IMG/VR virus record: IMGVR_UViG_3300045131_002121
Location: 8,855 to 72,854 of that record
Length of the DNA stretch: 64,000 nucleotides
Source of the DNA: a virus
Reading direction: 5' to 3' (one strand)
The notes below the pieces were generated by a model. That model did no database searches. It saw only the letters and a list, made by a program, of their open reading frames with translations, and was not told the DNA's origin. Both the position numbers and the translations under genes were made by a program. Positions 1 to 10,700 of the stretch are shown here, one piece after another; positions within the stretch are counted from its first letter, which is position 1, and every line of letters begins with the position of its first letter.

Positions 1-2068
1 TAGCGGCATGAACGAGTTCGCCGAAGAAACAGCACCAGGGGATGACTCCAAGGTGTCCTTCCAGCACCCCGGCTGCTTCGCCGATTACGTGGGCAGCCAT
101 GTCAGCTTTGATTACTCTCGCATCCGTAACCAGGGCTCGAGTCTGAGCACCGGTGCAGGCAAGGCTCCAGGACCTGGGCCTCTCTCGGCATCCCTGGAAA
201 AGATTCGCGGGGTCCTCGATACCGCGTTGACCCGGTGCCATGGTGAGGACTGCCATCTCCGCCCCATCGATGTCTACGATATCATCATGCACGCCTCAGA
301 TGCTGTCCTCGCCGGTGGAGTCCGCCGTAGTGCCACGATTTGCTTGTTCAGTGTTGATGATCCCGAGATGATGAACGCGAAGACTGGGAACTGGATGCAG
401 GACAACCCCCAGCGGGCGCGTTCTAATAACTCGGCGATGTTGATCCGTGGTGAGACCACCTGGGAAGCCTTCCATGACATCTTCATGCTGGCACGCCGCC
501 AGTACGGGGAGCCCGGGTTCGTGTGGTCGGATAGCCCCGAGCTCATGGTGAACCCCTGCGTGGAAACCGGGATGTACCCCGCGATCTCCTTCAAGGATCT
601 CTACGAGATGAATGGGGTGCCTTCTGCAGAAGGAGGGGATTGCCCTGTGCAGCGGATATCTGAATACTCGGGATGGGCATTCTGCAACCTCTGTGAAGTC
701 AATGCCAAGGCCTGCCGTACCGATAAGGACTGGGGGCGTGCGTGCACCGCAGCGGCGATCCTGGGCACCCTCCAGGCCGGCTACACCAAGTTTGACTACC
801 TCGGTAATGTCAGCGAGTGTATCGCGAAACGTGAAGCCCTCCTCGGGGTCTCCATGACTGGGATGATGGACAACCCCTCGCAGTCCTTTGATCCCAAGCG
901 GCAACGTGACCTCGCCAAGCTCATCCTCGATGTCAACGCTGCGCTGGCACCCCGCCTGGGCATCCGACCGACAGCACGGGCTACCTGTGTTAAACCCGCG
1001 GGATCGACGTCATGCCTTCTCGGGACATCGAGTGGGATCCATGCCCAACACGCCAAGCGGTACTTCCGGAGAGCCCAGGCCAACGTCAACGAGGCCCCCT
1101 TCCAATACTTCAAGGTCCACAACCCCGATGCCGTTGAACGCTCGGTGTGGGAACCCAATGGGAACACCGCGGTGATCACGTTCTGCATCGAGGCCTCCGA
1201 CGAAGCCCTGACGCGACGTGAGGTCAATGGGCTCAAGCAGCTCGAGTACGTCAAGCTCACCCAGGACAACTGGGTTGCCGCCGGCAGTGTTCCCGAGCGC
1301 GCCGTGAAGCCCTGGCTGCACCACAATGTCTCCAACACGATCACGATTCGTCAGAACCAAGAGGAAGACGCCGCCCGTTACATCTACGATCACCGGGAGT
1401 CCTTCACAGGGGTCAGCATCCTGGGGACCTCAGGGGATCTCGATTATCCCCAGGCCCCGTTCTGCGAGGTCCGTACCGAGAGCGAGATCCTGGAGCGCTA
1501 TGGTCGCGGTGCCTTCTTTGCATCCGGCCTCATCGTCGATGGGCTCCACGCCTTTGGTAACAATCTCTGGTTGGCCTGCGATACCGTGATGGGACTCGGT
1601 GAAGCCTCGGTTCTCGCCAACGGGGTTCCGTATCCCGCGGATCCCAACACGCTCCCCGATGCCATCCGTGAGGCCTACGAGCACGTCCACGCACTCAAGA
1701 AGGATTGGATCCGGCGTGCACGTAAGTTCGCTGAGAATTACTTTGGATTCGACTCGGAGAAGGAAGTCGCGCTCAAGAAAAAACTTAATGTTGATAGTTC
1801 GGTCCCCCGGGCGGGTCGTTCGGTCCCCAAGTCGACTTCGCTGTCTAATCATTACGATGCACTGCATGATTTATACGCACAACGCGACGCCCTGCGGCAG
1901 ATGACCTACTGCCTCAAGGAAGTCAACAACCTCCATCTCTGGGAGCGACTGACCAGGGGCTGGAGTGAAGTCGACTACTCCCTGATGGTTGAGGAACACG
2001 ATGGCACCAAGGGGGCTCAACCCGAGATGGCCTGTGCCGGTGGAGCCTGCACCTTACAGCACGCCTGA
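1..2068 (+). CDS. nrdJ: Class II (adenosylcobalamin-dependent) ribonucleotide reductase, 5'-truncated by the window edge
   Basis: Motifs GGVRRSA, GEPGF, NPCVE (thiyl Cys), FCNLCEVN, TCVKPAGSTS and C-terminal CAGGAC redox pair; the frame is open upstream of the ATG at 8. Confidence 0.9.
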   Translation, partial: SGMNEFAEETAPGDDSKVSFQHPGCFADYVGSHVSFDYSRIRNQGSSLSTGAGKAPGPGPLSASLEKIRGVLDTALTRCHGEDCHLRPIDVYDIIMHASDAVLAGGVRRSATICLFSVDDPEMMNAKTGNWMQDNPQRARSNNSAMLIRGETTWEAFHDIFMLARRQYGEPGFVWSDSPELMVNPCVETGMYPAISFKDLYEMNGVPSAEGGDCPVQRISEYSGWAFCNLCEVNAKACRTDKDWGRACTAAAILGTLQAGYTKFDYLGNVSECIAKREALLGVSMTGMMDNPSQSFDPKRQRDLAKLILDVNAALAPRLGIRPTARATCVKPAGSTSCLLGTSSGIHAQHAKRYFRRAQANVNEAPFQYFKVHNPDAVERSVWEPNGNTAVITFCIEASDEALTRREVNGLKQLEYVKLTQDNWVAAGSVPERAVKPWLHHNVSNTITIRQNQEEDAARYIYDHRESFTGVSILGTSGDLDYPQAPFCEVRTESEILERYGRGAFFASGLIVDGLHAFGNNLWLACDTVMGLGEASVLANGVPYPADPNTLPDAIREAYEHVHALKKDWIRRARKFAENYFGFDSEKEVALKKKLNVDSSVPRAGRSVPKSTSLSNHYDALHDLYAQRDALRQMTYCLKEVNNLHLWERLTRGWSEVDYSLMVEEHDGTKGAQPEMACAGGACTLQHA

Positions 2069-2077
2069 TAGTAGGCC

Positions 2078-2105
2078 TTGGCGGATCCCCAATCCCTGGT
2101 AGATT
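2078..2105 (+). promoter_or_regulatory. Putative sigma70-like promoter TTGGCG-N16-TAGATT with extended -10 TG
   Basis: Intergenic; same spacing as six other intergenic sites in the window. Confidence 0.45.
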
Positions 2106-2111
2106 TTCAGG

Positions 2112-2214
2112 GTCGTCTGGATCCTCAGGGGTGGGTGAGTCAGACGACGAAGATGATTGGTGTGGCACCTAACCGTGCCGAGGTGGCCTCCGGGGAAACC
2201 CGGAGGCCCTTTTT
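2112..2214 (+). ncRNA. Candidate ~100-nt structured small RNA
   Basis: Lies between a putative promoter and an intrinsic terminator; stems GTCGTCTG(2112-2119)/CAGACGAC(2141-2148) and GGCAC/GTGCC(2164-2179). Confidence 0.3.
2185..2214 (+). terminator. Rho-independent terminator
   Basis: GGCCTCCGGG-GAAA-CCCGGAGGCC perfect 10-bp stem followed by CTTTTT. Confidence 0.9.
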
Positions 2215-2234
2215 ATTGGCGACCCCGTGACCTC

Positions 2235-2262
2235 TTCCACGACTTGATATCTCGCTTACGCT
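2235..2262 (+). promoter_or_regulatory. Putative promoter TTCCAC-N16-TACGCT upstream of 2308
   Basis: Just downstream of the terminator and upstream of the AGGAG RBS. Confidence 0.35.
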
Positions 2263-2307
2263 GGGGACTTCACCGACGTCCCCGTCAACTCTTCTAGGAG
2301 ATTTCCC

Positions 2308-2787
2308 ATGACCAAAGGTATCAATGAAGCCGGCGCTCTCCGCCTCACCGTGGATTCCCGCGAACGCAGTGCAGGCCGCGCCAAGACCAAGCGCTCCCTG
2401 GAAAACCGCAATGTTGAGAAGTTCAACTTCCTCGGCACCACCACCAATGCCACGGCCACCGAGCTCTTCCAGAACGGTGACCAACGCCTCCCCGTTGGCA
2501 TCTTCGCCGATGGCAGCGTTGGCCTGATCGAAGTCAAGGCTGTGGCCCGTAAATCCGACGGCGCCAAAGTCGCCGCTGAGATCCGGCGTTACCTCGTCAA
2601 GGTTGTCGGCGCCGAGGTCACCTTGTTGGAATCCGGCTCCCCCACTGCTGTTGATCACATCGGTGAAGCCGCCTACACGGTTGCCTTGATTGACGACGCC
2701 AACGTCCTCAAGCTCAAGGTTACCGGCGCCGCCGCGGAAACCGTGGGTTGGGATGTCCACGTCGAAGCCGTCGCCTTCATTCCCTGA
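2308..2787 (+). CDS. Probable virion structural/appendage protein (159 aa)
   Basis: AGGAG RBS; beta-rich TTNATATELF...VTGAAAETVGW pattern like that of phage fibre C-terminal domains; strongly biased codon use. Confidence 0.55.
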   Translation: MTKGINEAGALRLTVDSRERSAGRAKTKRSLENRNVEKFNFLGTTTNATATELFQNGDQRLPVGIFADGSVGLIEVKAVARKSDGAKVAAEIRRYLVKVVGAEVTLLESGSPTAVDHIGEAAYTVALIDDANVLKLKVTGAAAETVGWDVHVEAVAFIP

Positions 2788-2807
2788 ACTCAGGTGAGTG
2801 TATGAGC

Positions 2808-2856
2808 CGAGGTCACGTCTCCTAGGGGACGTGACCTCGACGCGTTTCGTCTCTTT
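2808..2856 (+). terminator. Probable terminator hairpin
   Basis: CGAGGTCACGTC(2808-2819)/GACGTGACCTCG(2828-2839) 12-bp stem followed by a loosely T-rich tract. Confidence 0.6.
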
Positions 2857-2900
2857 ACAGAGAGTCAACCCTCATAGGCTGTACGCCATGAGGGCCTACG

Positions 2901-3671
2901 ATGTCATCCTATAACTGGGAACAACTCGAACGATTCTTTCCGGGGTGCACCCATGCCGCCATTGATCCCTTTGGGATGCTGGTGGTCATGAAGTGCACCA
3001 AGGGCATCCCCTCCTTTGGCCAGGCCAGGCGCTGGATCCCTGGCCTCGTGGGGGAGCGCAGGGACTGCATGCTCACCAATGCCTATGGCCCCGACTTCAT
3101 GCCGGAGACCACCCTGGAAGCCAATCCCAACCGTGTCGCCGAGATCCAGGCCGCGGTGCAGGCCGCTGCTGGGGAGTCCGTGGCCCAGGCGAGTCCAGCG
3201 CACCAGAACGTGGCCAAACCACCCATGGCGGCTCCGACCCCTGCGGAGACCCTGGCAGCCGCAGCAGCCGCGGGGACCAATAAGCATGGCTTCATGAATC
3301 CCCCGGAACAAGCCCACAGTGTCGACGGGGGTCAAGGCGTAGTCCACGGCATGACGTCCCCAGGCCCTGGTGTAACCGACCCCTGCAGGGTCAGCGCAGC
3401 CCTGGTCCCCAATCAAGTCAACACCAATACTCCCTTGAGTGAGGCCCCTGTCGTCACGACAAAGCCTGCGTACGGGGAGACCAGTGCGCTGCCCAAGTTC
3501 GAGATGGGACCCAAGACACCTGATCTCCACCCGCTCAGGAATCCCCAGGCCCCCAGCATGATTCAACTCGCCGCAGCGATCATAGACATCGCCGAGGGCA
3601 CCCCCGTACAGAACTTTATCCCCATGGCGAAACAAGTCCTCCGGGACTTCGCCGCAGGAAAGATATCATGA
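2901..3671 (+). CDS. Hypothetical protein with Pro/Ala-rich disordered centre (256 aa)
   Basis: ORF with GAGG RBS; ATGA overlap with the next gene. Confidence 0.6.
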   Translation: MSSYNWEQLERFFPGCTHAAIDPFGMLVVMKCTKGIPSFGQARRWIPGLVGERRDCMLTNAYGPDFMPETTLEANPNRVAEIQAAVQAAAGESVAQASPAHQNVAKPPMAAPTPAETLAAAAAAGTNKHGFMNPPEQAHSVDGGQGVVHGMTSPGPGVTDPCRVSAALVPNQVNTNTPLSEAPVVTTKPAYGETSALPKFEMGPKTPDLHPLRNPQAPSMIQLAAAIIDIAEGTPVQNFIPMAKQVLRDFAAGKIS

Positions 3672-3925
3672 AGACCACACCGAAGCCTCCGCCCCCACGT
3701 AATCTCGGCGAGGCCTGGAAACGCGCCCGGCTGGGGTGTGGCCTCGCCCAGGACAAGATGGCGGCCGCCCTGGGGGTCAGCGACTCCTATCTCAGTCTCA
3801 TCGAGGCGAACCGGAGAACCCCCACGATTGACTTGCTCCGCAAGATGTCTGGGCTCACGGGATGGTCGATGGAAAAGTTATCCCCGGATCCCTTGTCCGC
3901 GGTTTCAGTTGAGGACCCCACATAG
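3668..3925 (+). CDS. XRE/Cro-family helix-turn-helix regulator
   Basis: LGEAWKRARLGCGLAQDKMAAALGVSDSYLSLIEANRRTPTIDLL is a typical HTH_3 pattern. Confidence 0.85.
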   Translation: MKTTPKPPPPRNLGEAWKRARLGCGLAQDKMAAALGVSDSYLSLIEANRRTPTIDLLRKMSGLTGWSMEKLSPDPLSAVSVEDPT

Positions 3926-3996
3926 TCTCGACGTCGAGACTGTTCAGGGCGAGGGCATAGGCTTTCCTCGTCGGCTTGAAGCCTTAGGCTTCGCAC

Positions 3997-4746
3997 ATGG
4001 GAATCATTCGCTCAGTTAATAACCCCGCGAATGGGGAGCGCAGGATTCTGCGACGGCGACCCGACTCGGCGGGCCCCGTGGCATCAGCGAACACGGAGAC
4101 CGCGGTTCCCGATGCCACCATGTTGGATCAATGGGAAAACCATGGGATCATCAAGCACGGCGTCCGTGGTGATGGTCGCGTCGTGATCCCACGTTTCCTC
4201 AGTGATCCCGCGTCACCTCAAGAAGGTGATTTCTGGATCCTCTATGACGAGGGTGTGGTATCCCTGCGGTATCGTACCGGGGGTATCACCTATAACTACA
4301 CCGGTGGTAGCGGGAGTTCAGCGGGTTCCCAGTTCTCAGGGATCCCTGATACCGCAGGTCTCCGCAAGGGAGTCGCGGTGAGAACCTCGAGTACGGGCAA
4401 GGTTGGGCTCGCCCGTGCCGGCACGAATTCCGTTGCCGACAATCTCTACGAACCCCTGGGGCTCCTGAGTGCCACAGTTCCTGGATCCCCGAGTACCCCC
4501 GTGGACGACTTCGGTGTTATCCTTCCTGGGCATGTCATCGAGCTCACCCCAGGTGACGCAGGTGAGATCAAGTATCTCACCGGGGTATCTGCGTTGATTC
4601 CGAATCGGGTCTACTACCTCTCCAATATCTCGGGAAAATGGGTACTCAACCCAGACACCGCCGGTTGTGAAGCCGCGGTTCCCCTGTGTCGAGCACTGAC
4701 GACCACAAAGGCCCTCGTTGATTTCAGCATGGCGATCATCCTATGA
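3997..4746 (+). CDS. Probable virion accessory/fibre protein (249 aa)
   Basis: DPASPQEGDFW linker motif plus a C-terminal GLARA...LGL...YYLS...G module seen in phage cement/fibre proteins. Confidence 0.5.
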   Translation: MGIIRSVNNPANGERRILRRRPDSAGPVASANTETAVPDATMLDQWENHGIIKHGVRGDGRVVIPRFLSDPASPQEGDFWILYDEGVVSLRYRTGGITYNYTGGSGSSAGSQFSGIPDTAGLRKGVAVRTSSTGKVGLARAGTNSVADNLYEPLGLLSATVPGSPSTPVDDFGVILPGHVIELTPGDAGEIKYLTGVSALIPNRVYYLSNISGKWVLNPDTAGCEAAVPLCRALTTTKALVDFSMAIIL

Positions 4747-5207
4747 CACTTGATACATTCCTGGCTTCCAATCTTGTTAAAGTTTCTGCGGAGGCGGATT
4801 TGCTTGCCCAGCCCAAACGGGAGCCACTGGAAGTCCACACCCTGCCGCCCCCGAATCCCACTCCAGGAGTAGGCCTCGCGGAATCCCTGGGCATGGGGAT
4901 GCCATGGAAGGGTGCCCTCATCGGTGGCCTTGGTTTAGGTGCCTACAAATACCTGACTGCAAAGAAGGGTGACAAACTGCGGGATACCATGAAGGGGGCC
5001 ATCACTGGCGCCCTTGGTGGTGCGGGTACCGAACTCGGCGCTGGTCTCGGTGGCGAGGTCGCCAGACGTCATGCTCGTTATGGTGAAGGCGGCCCCATGG
5101 CTACCACTGGTATCGCCGCAGGGGGCACCGCAGCTGGCGCCGGCCTCGGTCTGGGTTCCGCGTATCTCCTCAACAAGTTTTTGAGTCGAGATGGTGAGGA
5201 TGAATAA
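4743..5207 (+). CDS. Glycine-zipper membrane protein with K-x-S leader (154 aa)
   Basis: GALIGGLGLGAY, GAITGALGGAG and GAGLGLGSAYLL segments; acidic tail; leader MTLDTFLASNLVKVSA. Confidence 0.65.
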   Translation: MTLDTFLASNLVKVSAEADLLAQPKREPLEVHTLPPPNPTPGVGLAESLGMGMPWKGALIGGLGLGAYKYLTAKKGDKLRDTMKGAITGALGGAGTELGAGLGGEVARRHARYGEGGPMATTGIAAGGTAAGAGLGLGSAYLLNKFLSRDGEDE

Positions 5208-7777
5208 TGGCTACTCAGAAACCACTCTACTTTGATGGTCGCCAGCTCCGCAGGGCTTCCTCTACGAACCCTATTGCGGCGTCGGTCCTGGAATCCACTG
5301 TTGTCACCACCGATGGTCTCCACCCCTTCGTAGCCAATGTCGCGGGTGCAAAGGCTACCGAAGACGCCCACTTGACGACTCGCCTGGTCGTCGACCGCAG
5401 AATCGCGGATGGCTATTGGGGTGGCCCCGTTCAAGCCATCACGAATACACCTCCGGTATCCCCTGGTGCCGAGCAGCGCTGGATCACGGGTACACTCCCC
5501 ACGGGGGACTGGTCTGGGAACCCCAATGCTTTTGCGGCATACCGCGATGGTGTCTGGAAATTCACCTCAGCAGCTGAAGGCGTCTTCGTCTTCAACAGGG
5601 CGACGCACTCCTATGTCCACTACACGGGTTCGGCATGGGCACCCATCCTAGGTACCGGTACGGTGACATCAGTGGGGCTCGCGCTCCCCGCTGAGTTCGA
5701 CGTCACGGTCTCCCCGGTGACCGGTTCTGGAGATCTCACCGCGGGATGGGCGGTTCAGGCCCCCGGGGTTGTCTTCGCGGGTCCCAGTGATCCCCTGGTA
5801 GACCCTGCAGTACCTGGGTTCAGACCTCTAGTTGAAACTGATATTCCCTTTTGTGCCCTCAAGGGGGACGTGGGGTCATCTGGGCTCACCATGACCTCTG
5901 CACGGCTCCTCGGCAGGATCTCCGATGATCCCGGTGCCATCGAGGAGATCTCGATTGGGGACGGTCTGAGTCTATCCGCAGGGCAACTGAGCTGCACTGT
6001 ATCACCTGCGTTGGAAACTGGTCGCGTTGGGTTCGGGGGATCAGACGACATTCTCACGGGGTCTATCTATCTAACCTATGTGAGTGATGGCGACACGGGC
6101 GGATTGGTTATCTCTAATACCACCGCATCGACCAGTACGACTACAGGAGCCCTTGTAGTCACTGGTGGTTTAGGTGTTGGTGGAACCAGCTTTTTTGGGG
6201 GTAGAGTTGATATTTCCTGTATTGGCTCGACACCCCCGGTTTTGACCATTAATCAGAATAGTTACCTAGCCGCCGATGGTGGGGGTAACACCGTTTTACA
6301 CGTCTTTGACCATGAAGACACCCTTCGTGGAAAGGGTATCAGGTACACTGGAGGTTTTGGTGCTACTCGTGCGACTGGCCGCGCTATTTATGTTGCTCCT
6401 TGGCTGACTGTATTTGTTTGCACTGGTATCACAACACCGCCGTCGCGGTACGATAGATACACTGTTAATGGTATCACTTATGCGATAACTACTGTAAATG
6501 GTTCTCTTGTATATGCAGTTCGACTGACCAGTAGCACAGCGCTCCCCCCGGCATCGGGTAAACTTACTCGTACGGTCGGATCCGGCGATGCCGAGATATT
6601 ATACACTGAGGTTTCGCTGATGGAAACTGAAGCCGTGCAGGCATCAGTTATTATTCGGTCGAACGGTGCAATTTCATTTGGTAACATCTGGGAAAATTGG
6701 GGTAATGTATCTATTGGAACCCTGGCGCACCCAGGTTTAGACGCAGCATCTCGCGAGCAGAAAACACTTGGGGTCTATGAAACCACGCAGACAGGTGAGC
6801 CTGACGAGGGCCACCTGTCCGTTTACGGCACAATTCGTCTGCAAGGGATCCAAAGCAAGGATGTTGCCAACGGTATATTGCAGTACAATGCGACAAATAA
6901 GTTCCAGGGGTATTACAACGGACAATGGAACACGTTTCTGACAGGCACTTTTTTTACAAATCGCGTTGCCTACGGCGGGGCGCTTGGAATAACCGATAGT
7001 GCAAACCTAACTTTTGATGGTGCAAATCTCAATGTTACAGGTACAGTAACAGCTATTTCCGCTGATCTTCGAGATGGGTTACAATTGATGGGTCGGGCTG
7101 GTGGAACAGGTTCATATCTCGGAACTTTTATACCAACTACGTTGACAGAATCTCGCACATACACCATGCCGGATAAAGACGGCACTGTGGCGATGACGAG
7201 CGATATAGTTGCTCCGAGTCTTGCAGATACCCAGGTAGGGTTTGGTAGCGGAAGTGATCTTCTTACTGGTTCTGCAAATTTAACATACATTTCGACTCTG
7301 GCTACTGGTGGATTAACAATCTCAAATACTACTGCATCGACCAGCACTACTACTGGTGCTCTTGTTGTTGCCGGAGGCCTCGGTGTCGGCGGTTCAGTCT
7401 ATGCTGGCTCCGATGTCTCCGTAGGTGGAACTCTCATAATCAAGAATGTTAATGAGGCCGTGAACACTATTGGCAACACAGGCACGGGCACGATTACAGT
7501 CAACTGTCTGACCGCAAACCGGGTTACCATGACGGTGACAGGAAACGTAACCCTTGCGTTCACGAATGTCCCCTCCGCGGGCACCGCGAAGACGATGGTT
7601 TTGCACATAACTAATGGGGCTGCATTCACATTTGCGTTCCCGGCTAATACGCGGTGGTCAGGTGGTATCGCCCCTGTTCTCCGATCCTCGGGGCTGGACA
7701 TCATAGGTCTGACCACGATTGATGGGGGAAACACTTGGGATGGAATCCCGATGTCGTTGGATAGTAAGGTACCATGA
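5207..7777 (+). CDS. Tail-fibre-like protein with N-terminal DUF2793-like domain (856 aa)
   Basis: TPPVSPGAEQRWI...PTGDWSG...W.F....G..VF.......Y.GSAW; repeated STSTTTGALVV.GGLGVGG fibre motif; C-terminal W.GG.AP.L..SG.DI domain. Confidence 0.8.
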   Translation: MATQKPLYFDGRQLRRASSTNPIAASVLESTVVTTDGLHPFVANVAGAKATEDAHLTTRLVVDRRIADGYWGGPVQAITNTPPVSPGAEQRWITGTLPTGDWSGNPNAFAAYRDGVWKFTSAAEGVFVFNRATHSYVHYTGSAWAPILGTGTVTSVGLALPAEFDVTVSPVTGSGDLTAGWAVQAPGVVFAGPSDPLVDPAVPGFRPLVETDIPFCALKGDVGSSGLTMTSARLLGRISDDPGAIEEISIGDGLSLSAGQLSCTVSPALETGRVGFGGSDDILTGSIYLTYVSDGDTGGLVISNTTASTSTTTGALVVTGGLGVGGTSFFGGRVDISCIGSTPPVLTINQNSYLAADGGGNTVLHVFDHEDTLRGKGIRYTGGFGATRATGRAIYVAPWLTVFVCTGITTPPSRYDRYTVNGITYAITTVNGSLVYAVRLTSSTALPPASGKLTRTVGSGDAEILYTEVSLMETEAVQASVIIRSNGAISFGNIWENWGNVSIGTLAHPGLDAASREQKTLGVYETTQTGEPDEGHLSVYGTIRLQGIQSKDVANGILQYNATNKFQGYYNGQWNTFLTGTFFTNRVAYGGALGITDSANLTFDGANLNVTGTVTAISADLRDGLQLMGRAGGTGSYLGTFIPTTLTESRTYTMPDKDGTVAMTSDIVAPSLADTQVGFGSGSDLLTGSANLTYISTLATGGLTISNTTASTSTTTGALVVAGGLGVGGSVYAGSDVSVGGTLIIKNVNEAVNTIGNTGTGTITVNCLTANRVTMTVTGNVTLAFTNVPSAGTAKTMVLHITNGAAFTFAFPANTRWSGGIAPVLRSSGLDIIGLTTIDGGNTWDGIPMSLDSKVP

Positions 7778-7778
7778 C

Positions 7779-10700
7779 ATGCCGATAGGCGGTGGAAACA
7801 TCATGTACCCCTCGGCAGCGTACGCACCAATTACGCTGTATTGGGATACCAATGGTACCAGCATCGGCGCCACAAACTCGACGACGGCCACGGGGACCTG
7901 GGGGACCAATAACTTTTGGAGCACGGATCCCGCAGGACTCGTGGCTACGAGGGCCTGGATACCCGGTGGTGACGCCGTGTTCTCCGCTGGTAGTAACGCC
8001 ACCGGGGTCTACACGGTGACAGTATCGGGTTTGCAGCCTGTAAGAAACATCACTGTTCGCAATGGCACGATTACGTTCACGACCGGCACACTACAAATCG
8101 CGCCGAGTGCTCAATGGTATAACGAGACATCAAATCTGGTTTCGGTTACCGCTGGGATCCGGTACACGAACACACTCACCCTGAAAAGTGGGGCATGGGT
8201 GATCACGAGTGCGGCGAGTGTGGGCACCGCAGGGGTTACCTTAGATGGCAATGGAGTCTGGGTACGGTCAGGTCACGCCAACTCTTTTGGAACAGGTATT
8301 CTAACTCTGAAGGACGGAAAATTGAGTTCCGACTCTGGTGCTGCCCGCGCCTTTACCAGTGGTCTCCTGATCTCGGCTTCTATCACTCTTGGAGATTTAA
8401 CTAACACCGGGGCACTCTCCTTTGGGTCCAGCCAATCCATCACGAATCCAGCGGTGATCACTGCCTTGAGCAATGTCACCTTTGGCACCAACATGACTTG
8501 GGATGGCAACGCCATCACTTTTAGAGGCCCCGGAGTAGTCACACAGACCTCGACTATCCCGGCGGCGTCGCATACAGGATCTATAACTATTGGCGATGGC
8601 ACCACTTTCTCCGGCAACAACGTCGGGGGAATCGTGTCGGTGGGCAGTCAGAATAATTTGGGAAGTGGTGAGGTCACCGTCAATTATGGGGGCAGTCTGC
8701 TCTTTAGTGGGCTCTTCACGCCAACGAACATTATCACGGTCAACGCCGGAGGCACGCTCAATGCACTCTCCAATGTTCATGGGGTTTACGGCAGCGCCCC
8801 TGGTACACTCATTGTGCGCAGCATGGCCACTCTGGCTGAGGTGTCCAACACGGAGTTCCGGGTCACGGGCAACACATTCCCCGCCGCTGGTGTCCTGATA
8901 GGGGCCAACAATGGTAACAGATTGTTTATCGGCGACCGTGATGGGAGCTACATAAATTCGCAACCCTATCCCATACTCACTGGTACGATGGTCTTCAATC
9001 AGGTCGGTCCTAATGCTGCTAATGGTTTCTTTTTTGGTCCACTCAACACCGGCACTGCTCCGACAATTGCGTTCAATAATTCGGTTCCTTTGGTGAGCGG
9101 CATCAATTTCAATGGCACCACTTTGGGTGGCGATCTCACCCTCGCCGGCAGTGGCAACACCGGTCTGACGGGCCTGGTGCCCACTGGTGCGGCGGGTGTG
9201 TTGGGGACAGTCAGTGGCAATCATGCGGTTACCGTGAACATGGCTCCAACTGGGGCGGTGTCGCTCACCGATCATGCCACGACCAAGTTGACCACGTTGA
9301 CCGTCAATTCAGGCACCGCCATCGTCAGTACCGATCTGGGTAGCAATACCGCACAACTCAATGGCGGCGGCATCCGCATGGGCACCGCCATCAGTTCGGC
9401 CATCAACGTCGGCGCCAATGGCGGCGTGCTCGAAACCGCTTCGGCCTTGAGTTACACCGGCAATCTGACGGCAACCGCAGGAGCATCCAACCTTGTCCTC
9501 CGCAGTGCAGGCGGCGCCCTGACGATTGCGACCGGCACGAATACCGGCCTTAACGCTGGGATCACCCTCGCCACCGCCGGAACGCCCAGGAGCGTTTATT
9601 TCAATGGGACGGCTACCCAACTCCCCAACGCCGCTTACAACATCACCATCCCCGCCGGTATCTCCTTCGGCGGCACGGCAGTCAATACCAGCGCCTACAC
9701 CAACAAGGGTCGCTTCGTCCTCCAAAGCGGTACAACCGACGCGGTCTATGACATCGACGCCCACGACACCTCGCCCAATCTGTCGGACACAGGTCTGGAC
9801 AAGGATGTCTGGATCGGTTTGTCAGGTACAGCCCTGGCCGCCAGCGGGTACACGCTTCGCACCACTGGGAGTTACCAGAACGATTACCGCGTCGTCCCCA
9901 TCGCTACCACCACCCAGAATAACACCGTTTTCACCGGCGCGGGTAAGAACCTGATCGTTTCCACAGGTGTCGTGCCCACCGACGTCAATTCCAGCGCCAC
10001 CGACGTCCTGGGCAGTGGCTTCGCGCTAACCATCACCGCCGCCCAGAACTACACCGGCTCGACCACTGTCCAGGGCACCGTCAAGAACGCCCTGATGGGC
10101 GGCGGGGTGAGTGGGCCGACACTGGGGATTGGGGCGCTCGGTGACTTGTCGGGTACGACCGGCATCACACTGGACAAGTCAGCTACGATGATCACCAGCG
10201 GCGGCCCGGCCAACTACGGCCGCATCACCGCCGCCAATGTGCCCATCACTGTCAAGGGCGGCGCGATGTTGACGGATGGTTCTCTCAACAACAACGAAAA
10301 CATCGGTGTAACCGATCGCATCGTCACATCTGCCGACCTGACCCTCGGCGGCGACACCGGCGGCGGCGCATTCCGCATGGCGTTCCCGGTATCGGGCATC
10401 CATGCCCAGACGCTCGACGCCCTTACCGTGAACGCTGGTTATAGCGCCATAACCAGCATCAACTCCGGCAGTACAGCGAACCTGACCTTCAGCGGCGGGG
10501 CCAAGGTGACCCGCAGTACCGGCGGCGTGCTTGCCATCGCGACCGTCACCAATTACAACATCGCCTTCACCGCCGCCCCCAATGCCACCGGCATGGTCTC
10601 CGGTGGCACGTACCCCATCCTTATCGGTGTGGTCAGAGGGCCGAGTGTGGGTGGTGGGATTCAACCGACCGAATGGGTGGCCGCAGGCGCAGGTGGTCTG

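Noticed and set aside
2160-2185. GGCACC...GTGCC resembling a tracrRNA 3' hairpin or a known riboswitch
   Set aside because: Match is too short; no anti-repeat, cas gene or full riboswitch consensus recognised
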